Source: an uncultured bacterium
Lineage (GTDB): Bacteria; Verrucomicrobiota; Kiritimatiellia; RFP12; UBA1067
Direction of reading: 5' to 3'
NCBI GenBank assembly: GCA_902801025.1
Contig: CADCGZ010000001.1
Location: forward strand, 11,091-75,090
Length of the DNA: 64,000 bases
Positions 28,363-36,696 of this stretch are shown here, one piece after another. Each line of letters starts with the position of its first letter. The first letter of the stretch is position 1. A model generated the notes under the pieces. The model was given only the letters and a program-made list of their open reading frames with translations. It made no database searches and was not told the DNA's origin. The translations under genes and the position numbers were made by a program.

Positions 28363-29064
28363 ATGAACAAGAAGCTTATGACATTTTCCATTGCGATGCT
28401 TGCTGTTGCAGTGGCGTTTGCCGCCCCCAGGACTTCGAAGAAGCCGGTGGCCACTGACGACGATGCGCCTACGACTGGCAAGGAGGCGAAGATCATGCTC
28501 GACCAGTTCCCGAAGCTTGGCCGCCAGTCCACTCTTTCGGCGCCGGCCCTTCAGGGCGGCTCGATTATCGGCGCATGCTATACGAAGCCGCGCAAGTGGA
28601 TCGTCCTTGAGGCGAAGTATACGACTTTCGTGAAATGGCAGGACCAGCTCACCTTCACTTGGCACGTCCTCCTCGAGACGAAGAGCGCGACCGAGAACAA
28701 GGGCAACAAAGAAGGGCTCGCCCCCTATTCCTACTTCACGGCCTCCACGACCTACCAGAACATTCCGCAGGGTTCGCATGCGGCGTCCGTATGCCTGCAT
28801 CCGTCCTACCTCGAACGCTACGGCGAGGCGAAGGCCATCGGTCTCGTCATCACCAACGCGAAGGGCGAGATTCTGCAGGGCGACAGCGAGAGCGAGATCA
28901 ACGGAATCGCCAAGCACACGAAGTGGTGGGAGAACCAGGACATCATGAACAAGCAGCAGGCCGACGGCAAGCCCATGATCGAGCGCCGCCAGGGGCTTAT
29001 GGATCGCTCGAAGACGATCTGGGCCCTTGTGAACCCGAACGACTACGAGCAGGTCGCGCAGTAA
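28363..29064 (+). CDS. secreted protein, first gene of the pilus-like cluster (occupies the position of Amuc_1102 in the Akkermansia cluster)
   Basis: 233 aa. Signal peptide MNKKLMTFSIAMLAVAVAFAAP. The family assignment rests on synteny and size only. Confidence 0.75.
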   Translation: MNKKLMTFSIAMLAVAVAFAAPRTSKKPVATDDDAPTTGKEAKIMLDQFPKLGRQSTLSAPALQGGSIIGACYTKPRKWIVLEAKYTTFVKWQDQLTFTWHVLLETKSATENKGNKEGLAPYSYFTASTTYQNIPQGSHAASVCLHPSYLERYGEAKAIGLVITNAKGEILQGDSESEINGIAKHTKWWENQDIMNKQQADGKPMIERRQGLMDRSKTIWALVNPNDYEQVAQ

Positions 29065-29065
29065 T

Positions 29066-29118
29066 GGGGTAACGGGGAACGGGAACCGGGTAACGGGGAA
29101 CGGGGAACGGGTAACGGG
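29066..29118 (+). repeat. array of 8 G-tracts (GGGGTAAC/GGGGAAC/GGGTAAC, ~7-bp period): canonical G-quadruplex motif on the + strand
   Basis: G3-4 runs start at 29066, 29074, 29081, 29088, 29095, 29102, 29109 and 29116, separated by 3-4 nt. Located between the stop at 29064 and the pilM ATG at 29133. Confidence 0.85.
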
Positions 29119-29132
29119 AACGGAAACTTTCT

Positions 29133-30770
29133 ATGGCTAAACGATACCTAACATTAGACATCGGCGCTTCCGCGGTGAAGCTTGCCGAATACGAAGGCGG
29201 GAAAGGCGGCCTGACGCTCGTCAACTACGGCATCGCCGCCCTCGCCGCTCCACTCGACGCCGGCAACGCGGGCGCGCTCCTCTCGCCGGCGCTCCTCGAG
29301 ATCGTCCGCGAGAAGGGCATCAAGCCGGGTCCAGTCGCCATCTCGATTTCCGGGCAGATGGTGTTCCCGCGCTTCGCGTCCATCGCGGCCGCCGGAGGTG
29401 CGGACCGGTTCGACCAGATGGTCCGTTTCGAGATCGAGCAGAACATTCCGTTCCCGATCGACGAGATGATCTGCGACAGGCAGGTTCTCGGCGACAACGA
29501 AAACGGCGAGAAGAACGTGATGATCGTCGCCGCGAAGATCGACCAGGTCGAGGACATCGTGGCCGCCGTGCGTGGCGCGGGATTCACGCCGGAGCTCGTG
29601 GACGTCGCGCCGATCGCCCTCACGAACGTGCTTCGCCACGCGGGCGCCGCAGACGGCGGGTGCTGCGTCGTCCTCGATATCGGCTCCAAGACGACGTCGC
29701 TCGTGATCGTCGACGGCGACAAGCTCTACAACCGCTCGATCCCCGTCGCGGGCAACACGATCACGAAGGAGATATGCTCCGCGCTCGGGTGCACGCCGGA
29801 GGAGGCGGAGGAATACAAGCGCGCCGCCGCGTACGTCGCCCTCGGCGGTGTCGTAGAGGACGAGGACGCGACGCGCGACCGCGTGTCCAAGGTCTGCCGC
29901 GCGGTGATGACGCGCCTTCACGCCGAAGTGTCGCGTTCGATCAACTTCTACCGTTCGCAGCAGGGCGGGAGCGTCCCCGTGAAGCTCTACATCACGGGCG
30001 GCACCGCGCTTCTTCCGCAGCTTGACCGCTTCTTCGCCGAAAGTCTCCAGCTCGAAGTCGAGTACGTTAATCCGTTCGACGTCGTCGGCGTCGGCCCCAG
30101 GATCGACGCCGAGGCGCTTGAGGGCGATGCAACGCAGCTCGCGGCGACGGTCGGCCTTGCCCTTCATCTGGCAGGCCACGCGACGTTTGCGATAAATCTC
30201 CTGCCGCCCTCTTTGGTGAAGGAACGCGCCGACATCGCGAAGATCCCGTTCGTGGCCGTTGGCGCCGTATCGCTTGTCGCGGCACTTGTGCTCGTGATGC
30301 TCGCCGCCAACAAAGGCGCCGCCGAAGCGGAGGCCAAGAGTTCGGCTGTCTCGGCCGAGGTGTCGCGTCTCCGCTCCGTGGAAGCCAAGGTCAAGGAAGC
30401 GATTGCGGAAGAGGAGCAGGTTACCGCCAAGGCGGACTCGTTTAAGGCGCTCTTTGCGAAGCGCAGTCTTCCCGTAGCGAAGATCATGGCGATTCGCTCC
30501 GCCCTCGGCAACGAGATGTGGATCGAGAAGTGGGAGGGCGACCGCATCACCGTTCGCGGCTGGGCGGACGACCTCAAGACGCTCGTCTCGCGCACGAAGA
30601 CGGGCGGCTCCACGGCCGCGCAGATAATCGAGGCCCGGCTCAAGGGGTCGCCGGTGGTTGATCCGGCGTCAGTCAAGATCGAGTCGATGACCGATGTCGG
30701 CAAGGACGCTGCGCTCAAGCAAATCGTCGTCGTCGCCAAGTTCAAGTTCGGGAAGGGAGAAGAGCGATGA
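29133..30770 (+). CDS. pilM: PilM-like actin-fold ATPase fused to a PilN-like membrane/coiled-coil segment (Amuc_1101-like)
   Basis: 545 aa. The N-terminal YLTLDIGASAVKLAEYE and VLDIGSKTTSLVIVDG motifs are typical of PilM/FtsA. A TM helix (IPFVAVGAVSLVAALVLVMLAA) sits at ~aa 370, followed by a PilN-like tail. Confidence 0.88.
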   Translation: MAKRYLTLDIGASAVKLAEYEGGKGGLTLVNYGIAALAAPLDAGNAGALLSPALLEIVREKGIKPGPVAISISGQMVFPRFASIAAAGGADRFDQMVRFEIEQNIPFPIDEMICDRQVLGDNENGEKNVMIVAAKIDQVEDIVAAVRGAGFTPELVDVAPIALTNVLRHAGAADGGCCVVLDIGSKTTSLVIVDGDKLYNRSIPVAGNTITKEICSALGCTPEEAEEYKRAAAYVALGGVVEDEDATRDRVSKVCRAVMTRLHAEVSRSINFYRSQQGGSVPVKLYITGGTALLPQLDRFFAESLQLEVEYVNPFDVVGVGPRIDAEALEGDATQLAATVGLALHLAGHATFAINLLPPSLVKERADIAKIPFVAVGAVSLVAALVLVMLAANKGAAEAEAKSSAVSAEVSRLRSVEAKVKEAIAEEEQVTAKADSFKALFAKRSLPVAKIMAIRSALGNEMWIEKWEGDRITVRGWADDLKTLVSRTKTGGSTAAQIIEARLKGSPVVDPASVKIESMTDVGKDAALKQIVVVAKFKFGKGEER

Positions 30771-31834
30771 ACCTGTCCAAGAACCAGATAGTGATGCTCG
30801 CGATAGGCGGAGTTGCGCTTGTCGCCTCGGCCGTGCTTGGATATTTCGCATTTAGCGCCTACTCCGCGAAGTCCGAGGCGGAGGATGCTTTCGAAAGCGA
30901 TTCCGCCGCGGTTCGCGCCTTGCTCGGCGCCGCGATAAGCCCAGACGCCGCGAGCACAAAGGCGGTGAAAGACAACAGCGCCGCCCTCGCGGGCTGGACG
31001 GAGGCCGCGCTTTCGACGGCTTCGGCAGGCGACCGCGTCGTCGAAGCCGACGTCAACGAGGCCGCCTTCAAGCAGAAGCTCGTCGACGAGGCTCGCGCCC
31101 TTTCCGCTCTCCCCGGCGGCGTCGATGGCAAGATCGTCAAACCCGACTTCGCGTTCGGCTTTCCCGATTTCGTGACGGGCGACAAACTTCCCGAGAGGGA
31201 GAAGCTTCCGCAGCTCCAGCGCCAGTGGGCCGACATCCGCACTGTCGTCGAGGCGCTCGCCGACTGCGGAATCGTGGAGATTGTCAGGGTCGAGCCAATC
31301 CTTGCGAAGCAGCCCCAGGCCAGCGAGCAGCAGAAGGACGCGAAGACGAACAGGCGTCAGCGCAGGCGGAAGGACGCCGAGGAGGCGAAACCCGCCTATA
31401 CGGAGGAGAAGTACGCAATCGACTTCCGTGCGAAGCCGGCGGCGCTTGTCAAGGTCGTAAACGCGTTTGCGACGTCGCAGCGTTTCCTCGTCGTCGAGAC
31501 GCTGGACTTTGCGCGCGAAGGCGACATGATCGGCAAGGCCCTCGGCGAGGGCGACAAGAGGGGCGCGTCCGAGCAGCAGTCCTCGCGTCCGCGGCGGAGG
31601 CGCCGCGGCGAGCAGACCGGATTCGGGGAGGAGAAGCCGGCCGAGGGCGCCGAAGAGCCGGACAATGGCGTCGTGAACGATCCCGAGAAGGAGGAGCCGT
31701 TCCTCGTGCATGCAGTTGTTGCGACGTATGATTTCGGTTTGGCGGTGAAGCCAGTCGTAGGCGAGAGCGCCGAGCTCCCTGCGGCCGAGGGCGACGCCGA
31801 GGGAGTCAAGGAAGAGAAGGAGGGCGAGGAATGA
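30767..31834 (+). CDS. Amuc_1100-family pilus-like protein
   Basis: ATGA overlap with pilM. N-terminal TM helix. ALADCGIVEIVRVEP and YAIDFRAKPAALVKVVNAFATSQRFLVVETLDFARE parallel my recollection of Amuc_1100 (LAECGLSKFIKVYRP; PLEIAFQGDRESVLKAMNAITGMQDYLFTVNSIRIRNE). The C-terminal strand FLVHAVVATYDF parallels VFVQVSLNLVHF. Confidence 0.75.
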   Translation: MNLSKNQIVMLAIGGVALVASAVLGYFAFSAYSAKSEAEDAFESDSAAVRALLGAAISPDAASTKAVKDNSAALAGWTEAALSTASAGDRVVEADVNEAAFKQKLVDEARALSALPGGVDGKIVKPDFAFGFPDFVTGDKLPEREKLPQLQRQWADIRTVVEALADCGIVEIVRVEPILAKQPQASEQQKDAKTNRRQRRRKDAEEAKPAYTEEKYAIDFRAKPAALVKVVNAFATSQRFLVVETLDFAREGDMIGKALGEGDKRGASEQQSSRPRRRRRGEQTGFGEEKPAEGAEEPDNGVVNDPEKEEPFLVHAVVATYDFGLAVKPVVGESAELPAAEGDAEGVKEEKEGEE

Positions 31835-32916
31835 TCTCCAGGAATGCCGAAGGCGGCTTTTTCGCCGCACATTGGGACTGGCTTGTGGCAGCGGTCGGAG
31901 TCGCTGCGCTCGTTGTCGGTGTGGTGCTTTTCGTGATGACGGGCGGCGGCGATCCCGATGAGAACGCGAGAGTGGCCGTCGACCGGCTGAAATTGGCCAA
32001 GCGCTCCGAGACCGGTGTCAAGCCCGTGGACATGTCGCAGTACGAGCGTGCGCTCCAGTTTGCCGTCAAGCCGGCGACGATTTCCGAAATCGAGGATGCG
32101 GGCGGGAACTTCCTCGTTTCCGAGCGGCGCGTGTTCTGCAAGTCCTGCAAGAAGCCAATCAAGGACGGCTCGAAGACCTGCCCGTTCTGCGGCGAGGCCC
32201 AGCCAGAGCCCGAGAAGGTCGTGGTCGACTCCGACGGCGACGGACTGCCCGACTGGTGGGAGGAGAAGTACGGGCTTGATGTTACGCAGAACGACGCCGA
32301 TGCGGATAAAGACGGCGATGGCTTCACCAATGCCGAGGAGTATGCGGCGGGAACGGATCCGTCCGACAAGAACTCGCATCCGGACTACTTCGATTCGCTT
32401 AAGCTCGTGCTTCCGCTGAAGGAGACGGTCCTCCCGTTCTACCTGCGCTCGTACATGAAGACCCCGAACGGAATGAAGCTCGAGTTCTTCGATCCGAAGC
32501 GCCGCAACGACTACGGGAAGAACGGATATCGCTACTCCGTGCTCGTCGGCGAGGCGATCGGCGACACTGGCTTCACCGCTAAGGCGTTCGAGCAGAAGGA
32601 AAAGAAAGTCAAGATCAAGGGCTCTAACGTCGAGCGCGCCGTCGATGTCTCGGCCGTGACGATCGTTCGCAAGAAAGACGGCAAGGAACTCGAGCTTGCG
32701 CTCGACGAAAAGCGCAAGCCGGTAGACGTGCAGGCGACGCTCGAATTCAGCCGCGGCGAGACGAAGACCTTCGTCGTTGTGCCGGGCGGGACGATTGATT
32801 TGTACGGAAACAAATACAAGGTTATGGACGTGAAAAGAGTCGAAAAGGGTGCAAAGGTCACTCTTGAAGACGTGCTACTCGGCAAAATTCGTACTGTAGA
32901 GACCCTTGAACAGTGA
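31831..32916 (+). CDS. membrane protein with zinc-ribbon and TSP3-like repeats (Amuc_1099 position)
   Basis: ATGA overlap with the upstream gene. TM helix WLVAAVGVAALVVGVVLFVM. CKSCKKPIKDGSKTCPFCGE. DSDGDGLPDWWEEKYGLD..DKDGDGFTNAEEY. Confidence 0.7.
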   Translation: MISRNAEGGFFAAHWDWLVAAVGVAALVVGVVLFVMTGGGDPDENARVAVDRLKLAKRSETGVKPVDMSQYERALQFAVKPATISEIEDAGGNFLVSERRVFCKSCKKPIKDGSKTCPFCGEAQPEPEKVVVDSDGDGLPDWWEEKYGLDVTQNDADADKDGDGFTNAEEYAAGTDPSDKNSHPDYFDSLKLVLPLKETVLPFYLRSYMKTPNGMKLEFFDPKRRNDYGKNGYRYSVLVGEAIGDTGFTAKAFEQKEKKVKIKGSNVERAVDVSAVTIVRKKDGKELELALDEKRKPVDVQATLEFSRGETKTFVVVPGGTIDLYGNKYKVMDVKRVEKGAKVTLEDVLLGKIRTVETLEQ

Positions 32917-32928
32917 GAAGAATTAGGA

Positions 32929-32934
32929 TATAAT
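32929..32934 (+). promoter_or_regulatory. -10-like TATAAT located 5 nt upstream of the secretin ATG (possible leaderless transcript)
   Basis: GGATATAATACACAATG. The hexamer is at 32929-32934 and the ATG at 32940. Confidence 0.4.
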
Positions 32935-32939
32935 ACACA

Positions 32940-35900
32940 ATGCAAAACATTAGGAGCATGTTCGATATGACGAACCTCAGGACATACGTCGCGCTGACGG
33001 CGACCATCGCTTTCATCGCGCTCGGCCAGAGCATGAACGCGCAGGACGATCTTGACGATCTGCTTGCCGACCTCGAAGGCGAGGCCCCCGCAGCGACACC
33101 AGCCGCGCCTGCACCAGCCGCCGAGGAACCGGCACCGGCGCCCGCAGCTGAAGAGCCTGCGCCAGCGGCCGAGGAACCGGCACCGGCGCCCGCAGCTGAA
33201 GAGCCTGCTGCCGAGGAGCCCGCACCGGCGCCAGCCGCCGAGGAGCCCGCGCCTGCTGCCGAAGAACCGGCACCAGCACCTGCGGCTGAAGAGCCCGCTG
33301 CTGAGGAGCCCGCACCTGCTGCTGAGGAGCCGGCGGCCGAGGAGCCTGCACCTGCAGCTGAAGAGCCCGCACCTGCTGCCGAAGAGCCGGCGGCCGAGGA
33401 GCCTGCACCTGCAGCTGAAGAGCCCGCGGCTGAGGAGCCCGCTGCCGAGGAGCCTGCACCCGCGCCAGCGGCTGAAGAGCCCGCTGCCGAGGAGCCCGCG
33501 CCCGCTGCCGAAGAGCCCGCGCCCGCGCCTGTGGCTGAGGAACCTGCTGCCGAGGAGCCTGCAGCTGAGGAACCTAAGGCTGATGACAAGAAGATTGATG
33601 ATACGCTTAGTCTTCTCGACGAACTCGAGGCCGAGGAGCCCGTCGCAACCGATCAGATCGGGGAGGCGGGCGTCTCGCCCGCGCCGGCGGCCAAAGCCGA
33701 CGAACCGCTTCCAGAGCCCGTCGCTGCGACTGAAGCCGTCGAACCGGCTTCTGCTGCCGAGTCGGAAGAATCGGCCGTAAAGCAGCGGCTTCAGAACAGG
33801 AAAGACGGCGGTCTCATCGGCGAGATCCTGACGGTTGAAAAACTGCGTCGCGAGGCGATGGACACCCAGGCGATGCGCGAGATTTCGGAGGCCCGCGCTG
33901 CGATGACCAGTGGCGAGTATGCCGAAGCCGTCCGTCACTATGGCATTGCCGCTAAGCTCCTGAACGACAGTGAGAAGTCCAAGATCTTCAAGGCCGAGTG
34001 CACTGAAGGCATTGCCGAAGGGCTTTACAGGGCCGCGCTCGAGGAAGAGCGCACCGGTCGCCGCGCGCGTGCGATAAAGTACATGGAGAAGGCCGTCGAC
34101 CTTCGCCACCCGAAGGCCCGCCGCCAGCTTGAGGCCTGGCTTTCCACTGTAGACCCCGATGCCCTCAAGACCGATGTCTCCGAGATTTCGCATCGTCGCA
34201 ACGATGCCGACTACAAGGCCCGTCGCGAAATCGAGCGCCGCCACCTGAAGCGCGCCAGTCAGTTGCTTGCCCAGCGCGAGATCGACCGCGCGCTCGACGA
34301 GTGCGAGCTTGTCCTCGTGAAGGACCCCTACAACCAGGAGGCCCTTCGCCTCAGGGACTCCATCGTCCGGAAGAGCGACGTCATTCTCAAGAAGGAGCGC
34401 GAAGTCGCCCGCGAGAAGTGGATAGCCGACGTCGACAAGGCGTGGCGTCCGAACTACGCCACCGACGCCAAGGACCGCGACGACAAGAAGGGTGCCACCA
34501 TAAAGGCCAAGCCCGACCCCAACAACAAGGAGCGCACGATCGAGCAGACGATCATCCAACGCATGAAGGAGATGCGTCTCCCGGCGATTTCGTTCAAGCC
34601 GCCGGCGACGATCATCGACGCGGTCGAGTATTTCCGCGGCGCTTCGAAGGACTTCGACCGTCCCGAGATCCCGCTTGAGCAGCGCGGCTTCAACTTCGTC
34701 CTCAAGACGCCCGAGGCCGTTCGCATGAAAACGGCCGCAGCGGCGGGCGAGGATGCTGATGACTTCTCCGACACTGGTTCCGACGAGGCGGCGGATGCCG
34801 GCGGGCCGCTTGGCGTTCCTGTCATCCCGATGATCACCGCGAGCGACATCACGTTCTACGACGCCCTCAAGCTCGTGTGCGAATCCGTCGAGTACAAGTT
34901 CACCGTGCAGGGTCCGATCGTCATGGTCATGCACAAGGACATGTCGGTCGAGGAACTCGTCACGCGCTCCTTCCCGGTTCTCTCGTCCTTCACCGAGAAG
35001 ATGGAAAGCGCGAAGGGCGACATCACGACGATGCGCTCGAGCAATAGCGGCTTCGGCGGCGCATCGCGCAAGAACGACGACGGCGAGGAAAACGAAGAGC
35101 GCGACTGGAAGGAGTTCTTCTCGCTCCTCGGCGTCAAGTGGCCCGAGGGCAGCTCGATCTTCTACGTGAAGACCGTCGGCCGGCTCTTCGTAAAGAACAC
35201 CCAGGAGAACCTCGCCGAGTTCGAGAACGTCCTCGCCCAGCTCAACCAGCAGGTCACGCTCGTCGAGATCGAGACGAGGTTCATCGAGGTCTGCCAGGAC
35301 GACCTGACCTCTCTCGGTTTCGAATGGATTCTCAACAGCGACTATTCACTTGGCCTCAACAAGCACCTCGGTAGGGCGCTTGGCATTCGTGGCGGCGCGT
35401 TCAGCGGTCTCGGCGGTGAAATTGGCACTGGCAGTTCCTCCACTTCGACTACTGGCGGCGATACGACGACTATCACGACGCAGGCCGGCGGGATTATCAC
35501 TTCCCAGGGTACGGGCACTGCGGTTTCCGGGGGCAGCAGCTCTGGCACTGCGTCTGCTTTGTCGCAAGACGCTTCTTGGGTGCGTAGCTCTGGTGCAAAA
35601 AGGAACATTGGCATCAATTCGGTTGACGGTGAGACTTATGCAAGCGGGCATCGATATCTCTCGGATGTCGGGAATCATATTTCCGGTGAATCGAAGTCGA
35701 CAAATGATCGCTTTATGCGGCTGAATGCCTTCCTTGGCAGTGCCGACCTCTCGATGATCCTGCACATGCTTTCGCAGCGCAGCGACACCGATCTCCTCTC
35801 TGCTCCGAAGGTGCTGACGCGTCCGGGCGAAGAGGCCGTCATGAAGGTCGTGACGGAGTACATCTACCCGACCGACTACGACGTGCAGCTCCAGTCGAGC

Positions 35901-36611
35901 TCTTCCGGCAGTTCGGGCAATTCGGGCGGCAGCCAGTCGGCCATTCTCGCCGTCGTTGAGCCCCAGAGCTTCACGATGCGCGAAGTGGGCGTCATACTCC
36001 AGGTCACCCCGACCCTGACTGACGACGGCAACGTCGTTGACCTCGAGCTCAACACCCAGGTCGTCGACGAGCCGACATGGAAGAACTACGGCATGAGGAT
36101 CCCGTTCACGGGCAATGCCTCGGCCGGCAATCTCACGATCGGAATAGGCGACGGGCCGTTTGCGGAACAGGGCTACACGCCGTCTGCCGCTGTAATGGAG
36201 CGCATTGTCACGCGCTATTGGGAGGCGGTCGCCAACATGTTCGAGAACCTCTCAGGCGGCAACCAGAACATTACCTACTACGATGCACCGATGGAGCAGC
36301 CGTTCTTCCACGTCCGGTCCGTCGATTCGAAGATAAGCGTGTATCCTGGGGCGACGATCGTCATGGGCGGCCTTATCACCGAGGCCCGCAAGGCGATGGA
36401 CGACAAGATTCCGTTCCTTGGCGACATTCCGTTCCTCGGACGCTTCTTCCGCAGCCATTCCGAGCAGACCTCGAAGCGCAACCTCCTCATCTTCGTCACG
36501 ACCCGCATCGTCGACGGACGTGGTCGTGAGATGCACAACGATGGTTTTGAGATCTCCGATCAGTCCGCTGGTGCCGACGCGAAGGAGGCGCCCGAGATGC
36601 CGGCTAATTAA
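32940..36611 (+). CDS. secretin (GspD/PilQ family, Amuc_1098-like) with a long acidic Ala/Pro/Glu N-terminal spacer and TPR-like region
   Basis: 1223 aa. Signal peptide ending SMNA/QDD. C-terminal secretin core: DLLSAPKVLTRPGEEA, VGVILQVTPTLTDDGNV, IVMGGLI, IPFLGDIPFLGRFFRS and NLLIFVTTRIVD. Confidence 0.9.
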   Translation: MQNIRSMFDMTNLRTYVALTATIAFIALGQSMNAQDDLDDLLADLEGEAPAATPAAPAPAAEEPAPAPAAEEPAPAAEEPAPAPAAEEPAAEEPAPAPAAEEPAPAAEEPAPAPAAEEPAAEEPAPAAEEPAAEEPAPAAEEPAPAAEEPAAEEPAPAAEEPAAEEPAAEEPAPAPAAEEPAAEEPAPAAEEPAPAPVAEEPAAEEPAAEEPKADDKKIDDTLSLLDELEAEEPVATDQIGEAGVSPAPAAKADEPLPEPVAATEAVEPASAAESEESAVKQRLQNRKDGGLIGEILTVEKLRREAMDTQAMREISEARAAMTSGEYAEAVRHYGIAAKLLNDSEKSKIFKAECTEGIAEGLYRAALEEERTGRRARAIKYMEKAVDLRHPKARRQLEAWLSTVDPDALKTDVSEISHRRNDADYKARREIERRHLKRASQLLAQREIDRALDECELVLVKDPYNQEALRLRDSIVRKSDVILKKEREVAREKWIADVDKAWRPNYATDAKDRDDKKGATIKAKPDPNNKERTIEQTIIQRMKEMRLPAISFKPPATIIDAVEYFRGASKDFDRPEIPLEQRGFNFVLKTPEAVRMKTAAAAGEDADDFSDTGSDEAADAGGPLGVPVIPMITASDITFYDALKLVCESVEYKFTVQGPIVMVMHKDMSVEELVTRSFPVLSSFTEKMESAKGDITTMRSSNSGFGGASRKNDDGEENEERDWKEFFSLLGVKWPEGSSIFYVKTVGRLFVKNTQENLAEFENVLAQLNQQVTLVEIETRFIEVCQDDLTSLGFEWILNSDYSLGLNKHLGRALGIRGGAFSGLGGEIGTGSSSTSTTGGDTTTITTQAGGIITSQGTGTAVSGGSSSGTASALSQDASWVRSSGAKRNIGINSVDGETYASGHRYLSDVGNHISGESKSTNDRFMRLNAFLGSADLSMILHMLSQRSDTDLLSAPKVLTRPGEEAVMKVVTEYIYPTDYDVQLQSSSSGSSGNSGGSQSAILAVVEPQSFTMREVGVILQVTPTLTDDGNVVDLELNTQVVDEPTWKNYGMRIPFTGNASAGNLTIGIGDGPFAEQGYTPSAAVMERIVTRYWEAVANMFENLSGGNQNITYYDAPMEQPFFHVRSVDSKISVYPGATIVMGGLITEARKAMDDKIPFLGDIPFLGRFFRSHSEQTSKRNLLIFVTTRIVDGRGREMHNDGFEISDQSAGADAKEAPEMPAN
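33075..33575 (+). repeat. coding low-complexity tandem region (AEEPAPAP/AAEEPA units, ~165 aa)
   Basis: Imperfect repeats of GCYGARGARCCNGCNCCNGC-type units read directly from the sequence. The antisense ORF 32858-33589 over this region is an artefact. Confidence 0.9.
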
Positions 36612-36687
36612 GGGTCAGACCCCTCTGACACAGTAGCTGACACAGCTAAAGCTGCGGTCAGCTACTGCAGTCAGAAAGGTCCGACCC
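36612..36687. repeat. long imperfect hairpin/foldback element immediately after the secretin stop (possible terminator)
   Basis: Outer pairing is GGGTCAGACC (36612-36621) with GGTCCGACCC (36678-36687). Inner pairing is CTGACACAGTAGCTGAC (36625-36641) with GTCAGCTACTGCAGTCAG (36657-36674). The outer words belong to the GACCCTAA family (TTAAGGGTC ... GACCCTCTAAAA). No U-tract. Confidence 0.8.
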
Positions 36688-36696
36688 TCTAAAAAC

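Noticed and set aside
32532-34934. 800-aa minus-strand ORF, and 32858-33589 (SSAAGAG repeats)
   Set aside because: Both are antisense to the secretin gene. The repeat ORF is simply the complement of the AEEPAP tandem region.
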